A stretch of 64,000 nucleotides of DNA from Hydrogenophilales bacterium (lineage in GTDB: Bacteria; Pseudomonadota; Gammaproteobacteria; Burkholderiales; Thiobacillaceae). Every line of letters begins with the position of its first letter. The stretch's first letter is position 1. The translations under genes were made by a program, and so were the position numbers. Below are positions 1 through 7,825 of this stretch, one piece after another. The notes below the pieces were generated by a model. The model was not told where the DNA came from. It made no database searches and was given only the letters and a program-made list of their open reading frames with translations. Location: assembly GCA_016719465.1 (NCBI GenBank), contig JADJYY010000019.1, positions 5,136 through 69,135 of the forward strand. Direction: 5' to 3'.

Positions 1-22
1 GGGGGGCGGGGGGGATTTCTCC
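1..22. repeat. Family-A palindromic element, right-end fragment (GGGGGGGATTTC)
   Basis: The sequence ggggggcgggggggatttctcc matches the GGGGGGGATTTC terminus of the other family-A copies. Confidence 0.5.
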
Positions 23-390
23 GCCGATAGCATGCTTCGACCACGCTGAAAATCACCTCCAAGACCGCCTGGGTCTCCGTCAGCACCTGCCGATCGTCGA
101 AACGCACGACCCTCAGGCCCTGAGAGCGTAGCCAGGTATCCCGCGACTCTTCTTTCTTCCTGACTATTGGATCGTCCAAATGCTGGCTGCCATCCAGCTC
201 AATGACCAGCCCGGGCTTGGAAAGCAATCACGATGAAGTGCCCCAGGGGCGCTGCGAGGAAGCGCGGCCCTTTGCCCGTAGAAGCCTCACACGCCTTGGG
301 TCATTGCGCAGGTAGCGCCAAAGTTTCTGCTCCGCGTCCGTCATCCGCCTACGCAAGCCCCTGGCCAGCGGCGCGTTGCGCTGCGCATAT
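1..390 (-). pseudogene. DUF559 (Vsr-like endonuclease domain) gene remnant, disrupted; 3' end runs off the window
   Basis: The reverse-strand translation of ~20-215 reads GLVIELDGSQHLDDPIVRKKEESRDTWLRSQGLRVVRFDDRQVLTETQAVLEVI, a typical DUF559 C-terminal half. Upstream, RRRMTDAEQKLWRYLRN (~300-350) is in frame but separated from it by a TGA. The GHFIV motif lies in another frame, so there is no intact ORF. Confidence 0.5.
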
Positions 391-399
391 CCCCGCCCA

Positions 400-1452
400 T
401 CAGCAAATCCTCGGCAACTGCTCGCCGCTCAACCAATCCACCATCCGCCGCCCGCCGAAGGAAGTCTTCATCTGCACGAAGCCGTTGGCGTCTTCCACCA
501 CCTTGCCGATGACGGCCGCCTCCCGGCCCTGGGGATGGGCGCGCATGGCGGCGAGGAGCTTGTCCGCGTCCGCTGCGGCGCAGACGGCGATGAGCTTGCC
601 TTCGTTGGCGATGTTGATGGGATCCAGGCCCAGCAGTTCGCAGGCGGCGTCCACTTCCGGCTTCACGGGAATCGCGGCTTCCTCCAGGTGGATGCCGACG
701 CCGGACTGGTGGGCGATCTCGTTGATGGTGGCCGCCAGGCCGCCCCGGGTGGGGTCGCGCATGACCTTGATGTTGGCGCCGCTGGCCAGCATGGCGGCGG
801 TCAAACCATTCAACGAAGCCGTGTCGGACAGGATTGGCGCGTCGAAGCTCAGGTTCTCCCGCTTGGACATGATGGCCACACCGTGGTCGCCGACGCTGCC
901 GGACACCAGCAGCACGTCGCCGGGCCGGGCCAGGTCGCCGGAGAGGTGGATGCCCTCGGGCAGGAAGCCGATGCCGGTGGTGGTGATGAAGACGCCGTCG
1001 CCCTTGCCCTGCTCCACCACCTTGGTGTCGCCGGCCACCAGCTTCACGCCGGCTTCGTTCGCGGCCCTGGCCATGGATTCGACGATGCGGGCCAGGTCGG
1101 CGAGGGGAAAGCCCTCCTCCAGGATGAAGCCGGCGGTGAGGTAGAGGGGGGTGGCCCCCATCACCGCCACGTCGTTGACGGTGCCGTGCACCGACAGGCA
1201 GCCGATATCACCGCCGGGGAAGAAGATGGGGGAGACCACGTGGCTGTCGGTGGACACCACCAGCTTGCCCTGGCCCAGCGGCAGGCAGGTGCCGTCGTTG
1301 CCCTGGGCCAGGTACTCGTTGGACAGGTGCTTGGCGAACAGGTCGGTGATGAGTTGCACCATGGCCCGGCCGCCGCCGCCGTGGCTCATGTCCACGCGGC
1401 CGTGCTTGATGTCCAGGGGGCGGGCGTAGCCCTTTTTCACTTGGCCGGACAT
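400..1452 (-). CDS. hypE: Hydrogenase maturation protein HypE (carbamoyl dehydratase)
   Basis: 350-aa ORF starting MSGQVKKGYARPLDIKHGRVDMSHGGGG and ending in the HypE-typical PRIC. It lies in a hypCDE context. Confidence 0.95.
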   Translation of the reverse strand: MSGQVKKGYARPLDIKHGRVDMSHGGGGRAMVQLITDLFAKHLSNEYLAQGNDGTCLPLGQGKLVVSTDSHVVSPIFFPGGDIGCLSVHGTVNDVAVMGATPLYLTAGFILEEGFPLADLARIVESMARAANEAGVKLVAGDTKVVEQGKGDGVFITTTGIGFLPEGIHLSGDLARPGDVLLVSGSVGDHGVAIMSKRENLSFDAPILSDTASLNGLTAAMLASGANIKVMRDPTRGGLAATINEIAHQSGVGIHLEEAAIPVKPEVDAACELLGLDPINIANEGKLIAVCAAADADKLLAAMRAHPQGREAAVIGKVVEDANGFVQMKTSFGGRRMVDWLSGEQLPRIC

Positions 1453-1490
1453 GGGGGAATTCCTTGGCTGTGGGGTTGTTCAAGCGTTGC

Positions 1491-1605
1491 GAAATCCCTC
1501 CTGCCCTCCTTTATCCCCGCATGGGGGCTTTGGGAAAGGGAGGAACCCTTCGGCAAGCACCTGGGAATACTCCCCCCTTTGTAAAGGGGGGCTGGGGGGG
1601 ATTTC
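1491..1605. repeat. Family-A ~115-bp palindromic REP/MITE-like element (hypD-hypE spacer)
   Basis: The element runs GAAATCCCTCCTGCCC...CTGGGGGGGATTTC, with terminal inverted repeats. It holds two internal hairpin modules: CCTCCTTT..AAAGGGAGG and CCCCCCTTTGTAAAGGGGGG. Confidence 0.8.
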
Positions 1606-1630
1606 TCCAACGTATCCCTACGAAAACCTG

Positions 1631-2767
1631 TCATTCAGCCACCTCAACATCTTTGTAACGTCCATAGGTGTAATGCGCCGCGCAGGCCCCCTCCGACGAC
1701 ACCATGCAGCTGCCCATGGGGTTCTCCGGCGTGCACACCGTGCCGAAGATCTTGCAGTCGGTGGGCTTCTTCACGCCGCGCAGGATGGCGCCGCATTCGC
1801 AGGCCTTGTTATCCGGAACCGGCTGGTATTCCAGGTGATAGCGCCGTTCGGCGTCGAACTCGGCGTACTTCTCGCGGATGCGCAGGGCGGAGTACGGCAC
1901 CTCGCCCAGGCCGCGCCATTCGAAGCTGCGGCGCAGCTCGAACACGTCGGACACCAGGTTCTGGGCCTTCTCGTTGCCTTCCGGCGTCACGGCGCGGGTG
2001 AACTCGTTCTCCACCAAGGCCCGGCCCTCGTTGACCTGGCGCACCAGCATGAGGATGGCCTGCATCACGTCCAGGGGCTCGAAGCCGGCGATGACCACCG
2101 GCTTGCGGTACTCCTCGGCGAAGAACTCGTAGGGCCGGCTGCCGATCACCGTGGAGACGTGGGCCGGGCCGATGAAGCCGTCCAGGGGCACGGTGCCCAG
2201 TTCGCGCACCTCCGGCGATTCCAGGATGTTCATGATGGCGGACGGCGTGAGCACGTGGCAGCACAGCACGGTGAAGTTCTTCAGGCCTTCCGCCTGGGCC
2301 GCCTTGATGGCCACCGCCGTGGGCGGCGTGGTGGTCTCGAAGCCGATGGCGAAGAACACCACCTCCTTGCCCGGATTGTCGCGGGCGATCTTGAGGGCGT
2401 CGGTCACCGCGTAGACCATGCGGATATCGCCACCCCGCGCCTTGGCCCGCATCAGCGACAGGCCGCCGGAAGCCGGCACCCGCACCGTGTCGGCGTAGGT
2501 GCAGAGGATGACGCCCCGCTCCAGGGCCAGCTTGATGGCCAGGTCGATGCGGCCGATGGGCAGCACGCACACCGGACAGCCGGGGCCGTGGATCATGCGC
2601 ACGTTCTCGGGCAGCAGGTCCGGCACGCCGTAGCGGGAGATGGCGTGGGTGTGGCCGCCACAGAACTCCATGAAGTTGTAACGGCGGTCGGCGCGGACCT
2701 CGGCGGCGATGGCTTTCGCCAGCACCTGGGCGACATCGCCGTCGCGGAATTCATCGACGTATTTCAT
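1631..2767 (-). CDS. hypD: Hydrogenase maturation protein HypD
   Basis: 378-aa ORF MKYVDEFRDGDVAQ...; CGGHTH and GPGCPVCV motifs. Confidence 0.95.
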   Translation of the reverse strand: MKYVDEFRDGDVAQVLAKAIAAEVRADRRYNFMEFCGGHTHAISRYGVPDLLPENVRMIHGPGCPVCVLPIGRIDLAIKLALERGVILCTYADTVRVPASGGLSLMRAKARGGDIRMVYAVTDALKIARDNPGKEVVFFAIGFETTTPPTAVAIKAAQAEGLKNFTVLCCHVLTPSAIMNILESPEVRELGTVPLDGFIGPAHVSTVIGSRPYEFFAEEYRKPVVIAGFEPLDVMQAILMLVRQVNEGRALVENEFTRAVTPEGNEKAQNLVSDVFELRRSFEWRGLGEVPYSALRIREKYAEFDAERRYHLEYQPVPDNKACECGAILRGVKKPTDCKIFGTVCTPENPMGSCMVSSEGACAAHYTYGRYKDVEVAE

Positions 2768-2773
2768 GGTTTT

Positions 2774-2808
2774 ACCCCCCTCCCCCCTCGGGGGAGGGGC
2801 GGGGGGAT
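2774..2808. repeat. Family-B G/C hairpin repeat (CCCTCCCCCCTCGGGGGAGGGG type), left module
   Basis: cccccctcccccctcgggggaggggcgggggg. The same motif recurs at 4334-4441 and 21351-21397. Confidence 0.6.
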
Positions 2809-2925
2809 AACCAGCGACTTGGCTGCCGTTGTTGGGCAGCCAAGTCGAATGGCTAGTTGTTTCATCAGAGGGAACACGCTTTGCAGATTGGAATAGTTCA
2901 TGTTGATCAACGGTTGCTCCCTCAC

Positions 2926-2958
2926 CCCAATCGTCTCCCGGCGGGAGAGGGAGAAAAG
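2926..2958. repeat. Family-B repeat, right module (…GGGAGAGGGAGAAAAGCGC)
   Basis: ctccctcaccccaatcgtctcccggcgggagagggagaaaag. It has the same terminus as the copy inside hypF (gggggagggagaaaaacgc). Confidence 0.55.
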
Positions 2959-2963
2959 CGCCC

Positions 2964-3194
2964 TCATGCCAACTGCTCCAGCAACCCCGCCTCGGCCATC
3001 AAGGCCAGGGTCTTCTCCGCCTCCTCCGGATCGAGCCGGGTCAGGGCATAGCCCACGTGGACGATGACGTAGTCGCCCACCTTCACGTCTTCGACCAGCG
3101 CCAGGGAGACGTCCTTGCGCACGCCGCCCAGGTCGACGATGGCCAGATCGTTCTCGGCGACTTCCACAACGCGGGCGGGGATGGCGAGACACAT
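2964..3194 (-). CDS. hypC: Hydrogenase maturation chaperone HypC
   Basis: The ORF contains MCLAIPARVVEV... HypC proteins start with Met-Cys, so I placed the start at the internal ATG at 3194 rather than the ORF-track start at 3230. Confidence 0.9.
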   Translation of the reverse strand: MCLAIPARVVEVAENDLAIVDLGGVRKDVSLALVEDVKVGDYVIVHVGYALTRLDPEEAEKTLALMAEAGLLEQLA

Positions 3195-3207
3195 GGCGAA
3201 TTCCTTT

Positions 3208-5712
3208 TCAGCGGATTTGTTGCATTGCAACCCAAGCCTGCCCCAGGCTCAAGCCCCCGTCGTTGGGCGGCGCCTGATTGGCTGTCAGTACGGTCAAGCC
3301 CCGCTCTGTCAGCAGCCGGGTCAGGTTGCGGGAAAGAATGTGGTTGAGAAAACAGCCGCCGCCCAGGGCGACTGTGGTGAGACCTTCCCGGCGGGCGGCG
3401 CGTTCAGTCCAATCCGCCAGGGCCTGGGCCAGGGTGGCGTGGAACAAGGCGGCGCCGAAGGCGGCGTCGGGCTCGTCTGCCAGGCGGGCCAGCAAGGGCA
3501 GCAGATCGAGCCGGCCCGATTCATCGAGCGAGTATCCGTCGGCCAGAGGTTCCACCTCGCCGGCCCCTTCCGCCAAACCCTCCAACAGCATCGCCGCCTG
3601 CCCCTCGTAGGCCATGACCTCCCGCGCGCCCAGCAGGCCGGCGGCGGCGTCGAACCAGCGGCCCAGGCTGGTGGTGGGCGGGCAGTGGACGTCGTGCTCC
3701 AGCAGCACGTGCAGTTGCCGGGCCAGGGGCTGGCTGGGGAAACGGAGGGGAATTTCTTCCGTGCGTCTCAGCCTGAACAAGGCGGCGGCGGCCATGCGCC
3801 AGGGCTCCTTGGCAGCCTTGTCGCCGCCGGGCAGAGGCAGGGGTGAAAGATGGCCCAGGCGGGAGAATTCCGAACCTTCGACCCGCAACAACTCACCGCC
3901 CCAGGCGCTGCCATCGCTGCCCAGGCCCACGCCATCCAGGGCCAGGCCCAGGATGGGTTCGGTCACCCCATGTTCCGCCACCACGGCGGCGATATGGGCA
4001 TGGTGGTGCTGCACGGCGACGGCCGGCACGTTCCACCGGTCCGCCAGTTCCAGGGCGTGGCGGCTGCTGAAGAAATCCGGGTGCAGATCGTGGGCGACGG
4101 CCTCGGGCCGCACTTGCAGGATGTCCAGAAGGTGGTCCGTCACTTCCATCAACATGCCGCAGGTGGCCGGGTTGTCCAGGCCGCCGATGTGCTGGGAGAC
4201 GAAGGCCTCGTCGCCCCGGGTCACGCAGATCGTGTTCTTGAGGTAACCGCCCAGGGCCAGCACCGAGGGGCCGGAGCGGGGCAGGCGGATGGAGCGGGGG
4301 GTGTAGCCGCGGGCGCGGCGGATGAACCCCACATTCCCTCCCCCCTCGCGGGGGAGGGTTAGGGTGGGGGGGGAAGCACCACTGACCATGGCAGCCCAAT
4401 CACCCCCACCCCTGCCCTCCCCCATCAAGGGGGAGGGAGAAAAACGCACCACCGAATCGTCACACCGTACCACGACATCCCGGTCATGCATCAGCACCCC
4501 ATCGGCGATGCCGGCCAGGCGTTCCAGCGCCTCCTCGTTGCGGATCACCAGGGGCTCGCCGCCCGGGTTGGCGCTGGTCATCACCAGCACCAGGTTCTGC
4601 GCTCGATCCATCCAATCCGTGCCGGCGGGCTGTCCCACCGCCTCATGGAAGATCAGCCAATGCAGCGGCGTGTAGGGCAGCATGACGCCCAGCCAGGCCA
4701 GGCCGGGGGCAATGCCGGGCAAGGCCGCGTCGGCCCCCGGCTTCTTGCGCAGCAGGACGATGGGCCGTTCCGGGGATTGCAGCAGTTCGGCCTCGGCGGG
4801 GCTGATCTCCACCCAGTCGGCGATGGAAGCCAGGTTCGCCGCCATGACCGCGAAGGGTTTCTCCTCCCGGTTCTTGCGCTCACGCAGGGTGCGTACCGCC
4901 TCGGCGTTGCGCGCGTCGCAGGCCAGGTGGAAACCGCCCAGGCCCTTGATGGCGACGATCTGGCCGGCTTGCAGGCGATGGAGTGTGTCTGCGATGGGGT
5001 CGGATGGGTTCTGCTGGGCGTCGCTTAATCCCTCCTGTCCTCCCTTTACGAAAGGGAGGGACCCTTTGATAGCGTTAAGAGGTTCCCCCCCCTTTCTTAA
5101 AGCCCTCATCCGAGGATAAAGGGGGCTGGGGGGGATTTCGCCAAGCTCAACCATCTCCAACCCCGGCCCGCACACCGGACACGCCGTCGGCTCCGCATGA
5201 AAGCGCCGGTCGGCCGGGTTGCGGTATTCCCGCTCGCAGTCCGGGCACAGGGGAAACGCCGCCATGCTGGTCTGGGCCCGGTCGTAGGGCAGGCCCCGGG
5301 TCAGGGTGTAGCGGGGGCCGCAGTGGGTGCAGTTGATGAAGGCGTAGCGCCAGCGCCGGTCGGCGGGGTCGAACATCTCCGCCAGGCAGTCCGGGCAGAC
5401 GGCGGTGTCGGGGCCGATCAGGGTCGCGGCCTGCCCTGCCCCGCTTTCCGTGATGGTGAAATCGGCGTGTTCGCCCGTGGCCGGGCCGTCGCTCCAGGTC
5501 AGGTCGCGCACCTGGGCCAGGGGCGGGATTTCCTTGGGCAGGCGGCGGGTGAAGACTTCAATCTGCTCGGGTTCGCCCTCCACCAGGATTTCCACGCCGG
5601 CGGCGTCGTTGCGTACCCAGCCGGCGAGGTTCAGTTCCTGGGCGAGATGCCAGATGTAGGGACGGAAGCCGACGCCCTGGACGATGCCGGTAATGCGGAG
5701 GCGGCGCTGCAC
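3208..5712 (-). CDS. hypF: Carbamoyltransferase HypF (carries two in-frame repeat-derived inserts)
   Basis: 834-aa ORF with these parts:
- an acylphosphatase-like N-terminus (RITGIVQGVGFRPYIW)
- paired CxxC zinc fingers
- a YrdC-like IVAIKGLGGFHLACDA motif
- a Kae1-like C-terminal half. Confidence 0.95.
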   Translation of the reverse strand: MQRRLRITGIVQGVGFRPYIWHLAQELNLAGWVRNDAAGVEILVEGEPEQIEVFTRRLPKEIPPLAQVRDLTWSDGPATGEHADFTITESGAGQAATLIGPDTAVCPDCLAEMFDPADRRWRYAFINCTHCGPRYTLTRGLPYDRAQTSMAAFPLCPDCEREYRNPADRRFHAEPTACPVCGPGLEMVELGEIPPSPLYPRMRALRKGGEPLNAIKGSLPFVKGGQEGLSDAQQNPSDPIADTLHRLQAGQIVAIKGLGGFHLACDARNAEAVRTLRERKNREEKPFAVMAANLASIADWVEISPAEAELLQSPERPIVLLRKKPGADAALPGIAPGLAWLGVMLPYTPLHWLIFHEAVGQPAGTDWMDRAQNLVLVMTSANPGGEPLVIRNEEALERLAGIADGVLMHDRDVVVRCDDSVVRFSPSPLMGEGRGGGDWAAMVSGASPPTLTLPREGGGNVGFIRRARGYTPRSIRLPRSGPSVLALGGYLKNTICVTRGDEAFVSQHIGGLDNPATCGMLMEVTDHLLDILQVRPEAVAHDLHPDFFSSRHALELADRWNVPAVAVQHHHAHIAAVVAEHGVTEPILGLALDGVGLGSDGSAWGGELLRVEGSEFSRLGHLSPLPLPGGDKAAKEPWRMAAAALFRLRRTEEIPLRFPSQPLARQLHVLLEHDVHCPPTTSLGRWFDAAAGLLGAREVMAYEGQAAMLLEGLAEGAGEVEPLADGYSLDESGRLDLLPLLARLADEPDAAFGAALFHATLAQALADWTERAARREGLTTVALGGGCFLNHILSRNLTRLLTERGLTVLTANQAPPNDGGLSLGQAWVAMQQIR
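4334..4441. repeat. Family-B repeat inside hypF coding sequence (in frame, ~108 nt)
   Basis: ccctcccccctcgcgggggagggttagggtgggggg ... ccctgccctcccccatcaagggggagggagaaaaa. It is translated as SPSPLMGEGRGGGDWAAMVSGASPPTLTLPREGGGN. Confidence 0.7.
5025..5139. repeat. Family-A element inside hypF coding sequence (in frame, ~114 nt)
   Basis: TAATCCCTCCTGTCCTCCCTTTACGAAAGGGAGG...GATAAAGGGGGCTGGGGGGGATTTC. It is translated as EIPPSPLYPRMRALRKGGEPLNAIKGSLPFVKGGQEGL. Confidence 0.8.
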
Positions 5713-5715
5713 CCC

Positions 5716-5782
5716 GTAGCCTGGATGGAGCGCAGCGGAATCCGGGGATTTGGACTCCGCAGTTTCCCGGATTACGAAAATG
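5716..5782. repeat. Family-C REP-like hairpin (AATCCGGGG...CCCGGATT)
   Basis: gtagcctggatggagcgcagcggaatccggggatttggactccgcagtttcccggattac. The AATCCGGGG and CCCGGATT arms are inverted repeats. Confidence 0.5.
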
Positions 5783-6235
5783 GCAGATCCGGGCTTACTC
5801 GACTTGCATCACGGAAAAACGTGATATACCAATACCGCCATCAGAGGCGAAGAAAGTAGCAGAATGGAAGGAAAGTGGTTCTTTTCAGACAACCATTCAG
5901 TGCATCACCGCATTTGAAGCTGGACCGACGCCGTCCCCGCAAATCTCCAGTGGGAGGCCATCCCGCTTGGTAGGAAGCCTGCCATCAACCGAAAAATTCT
6001 CGGCTACCACATCGGTCAACAGACAATCAAGCAGCACCATTTTCAAACGTTCATCTTCGGCAAGCGGACCAATGCTCATGGTCTGCTTGTTCAAGCCCGC
6101 ATAAAGGCGGAGGCGAATCCTTATGAAATGCGCCTGGGCCTTTCAACCTTGGTTTAAAGCCGCGTGGCCATCGCGAGCTTTCCGATTGACCTTGGATTGA
6201 TTCACCAAGCGGGGTGATTTCCATTCGAACCTGCA

Positions 6236-7375
6236 TTAACCCTTCGCAGCCAATGCCGCTTCCAACTCCGCGATCCGCTTCTTCAGCAAATCCACATTCG
6301 CCTCCCGCGACCCCTTGGCCTGGGCCAACCCCGCCAGCAGCCACCCCAGCCACTCCCCCATCCCTGCCCCGCTGGTGGCCGAAACCTGCAAGACTTCCAG
6401 CTTGGGGTTCACCCGCCGGGCGAATTCCACGCACTTGGCCACGTCGAAAGTCAGGTAGGGCAGCAGGTCCACCTTGTTGAGGATCATCAGGTCGGCGGCG
6501 TTGAACATGTCCGGGTATTTCAGGGGTTTGTCCTCGCCTTCGGTGACCGAGAGGATGACCACCTTGTGGGCTTCGCCCAGGTCGAAGGCGGCGGGGCAGA
6601 CCAGGTTGCCGACGTTTTCGATCATGAGCAGGCTGTCGTCGGGCAGGGCCAGGCGCTCCAGGGCATGGCCGACCATGTGGGCGTCCAGGTGGCAGCCCTT
6701 GCCGGTGTTGACCTGGATGGCCGGTGCGCCTGTTGCACGGATGCGGTCGGCGTCGTTGCTGGTCTGCTGGTCACCTTCGACAACAGCCACCTTGGCCTTG
6801 TCCTTGAGCAGTTCGATGGTCTTCACGAGCAGCGTGGTCTTGCCGGAGCCGGGGCTGGAGACCAGGTTGACGGCGAAGATGCCGTGCTCGGCGAAGTGCT
6901 TGCGGTTGCCGTCGGCGTAGCGGTTGTTCTTGCCCAGGATGTCCTGCTCGATCCTGACCATGCGCTCCTGGGTCAGGCCCGGCGCGTGGGCGTGGGCGGG
7001 GCCGAGGCCGTAGTGGAGATCGCCTTTTCCAGCACTGCCCTTGTGCTCGTGGTAGTGCATCTGGCCCCCTTCGCCGTGCAGTTCCGAATCGGCGTGGCTG
7101 TGGTCGTGGCCGGCGCCGGCGTCGTGGAGATGGTCGTGCCCGTGATCGTGGCCGGTGTGGCTGTGCTCGTGGCTGTGGACGTGGGGATGGACGTGGCCGT
7201 GCTCGTGGGGATGGCTGTGGCTGGTGCCGTCCGGATGGGTGTGCTCATGGCCGTGGACGTGGCCATGGTCGTGATCGTGTTCGTGGGTGTGGGGGTGGCT
7301 GTGATCGTGCTCATGTTCGTGCTCATGGCCTTCGATCTTGGTTTCACCCTGGCCGCAGCCGCAGACGGTACACAT
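6236..7375 (-). CDS. hypB: Hydrogenase nickel-incorporation GTPase HypB with very long His-rich N-terminal region
   Basis: Start set at MCTVCGCG (ATG at 7375). 42 His (my count) fall in residues ~17-130. A GSGKTT P-loop and [10 protein letters not shown] motif lie in the C-terminal GTPase domain. Confidence 0.93.
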   Translation of the reverse strand: MCTVCGCGQGETKIEGHEHEHEHDHSHPHTHEHDHDHGHVHGHEHTHPDGTSHSHPHEHGHVHPHVHSHEHSHTGHDHGHDHLHDAGAGHDHSHADSELHGEGGQMHYHEHKGSAGKGDLHYGLGPAHAHAPGLTQERMVRIEQDILGKNNRYADGNRKHFAEHGIFAVNLVSSPGSGKTTLLVKTIELLKDKAKVAVVEGDQQTSNDADRIRATGAPAIQVNTGKGCHLDAHMVGHALERLALPDDSLLMIENVGNLVCPAAFDLGEAHKVVILSVTEGEDKPLKYPDMFNAADLMILNKVDLLPYLTFDVAKCVEFARRVNPKLEVLQVSATSGAGMGEWLGWLLAGLAQAKGSREANVDLLKKRIAELEAALAAKG

Positions 7376-7401
7376 AGACAGACTCCTGAAAAATGATGCT
7401 C

Positions 7402-7470
7402 CGTCACCCCGGCTCAGGCCGGGGTCCAGGCCCAACCCGCTCTGGATTCCGGCCTGCCCCGGAATGACGG
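7402..7470. repeat. Family-C palindromic REP (CCGTCACCCCGG...CCGGAATGACGG) in hypA-hypB spacer
   Basis: The terminal inverted repeats are ccgtcaccccggc / gccccggaatgacgg, with internal hairpins. Confidence 0.6.
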
Positions 7471-7477
7471 CATTAAG

Positions 7478-7819
7478 TTATTCCACCAGCAAATCCTTGA
7501 CCCGCATTTCCGTGCCGCCGGTGGCCTGCACCTGGTAACCGCCGCATTTCGGGCAGGCGTCGTAGAGGGCCGTGATCTCCACGGTCTCGCCGCAGGCCAG
7601 GCACCAGCCCTGGCCGGGCAGGCGTTCCAGCTCGACGCGGGCGCCGTCGGCGACGCCGCCTTTCAGCACCACGTCCAGGCAGAAGCTCAGGGCTTCCACT
7701 TCGACGCCGGACAGGGCGCCGATTTCCAGGCGCACTTCGGTGACCCGCTTGAAGCCTTGATTGGCGGCGGTGTCCTCGACGATCTGGAGGATGCCTTCGG
7801 CAAGGGACATTTCATGCAT
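7478..7819 (-). CDS. hypA: Hydrogenase nickel-insertion protein HypA
   Basis: 113-aa ORF MHEMSLAEGILQIVEDTA...; two CxxC pairs (CLACG, CPKCG). Confidence 0.93.
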   Translation of the reverse strand: MHEMSLAEGILQIVEDTAANQGFKRVTEVRLEIGALSGVEVEALSFCLDVVLKGGVADGARVELERLPGQGWCLACGETVEITALYDACPKCGGYQVQATGGTEMRVKDLLVE

Positions 7820-7825
7820 TGATGA

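Noticed and set aside
2809-2925. Lower-GC segment with a 12-bp stem (GACTTGGCTGCC...GGCAGCCAAGTC) between the two family-B modules in the hypD-hypC spacer, considered as a small RNA or cargo of a composite element
   Set aside because: This is a single occurrence in the window with no promoter or terminator signals that I can see. I cannot tell it apart from ordinary spacer DNA without a genome-wide comparison.
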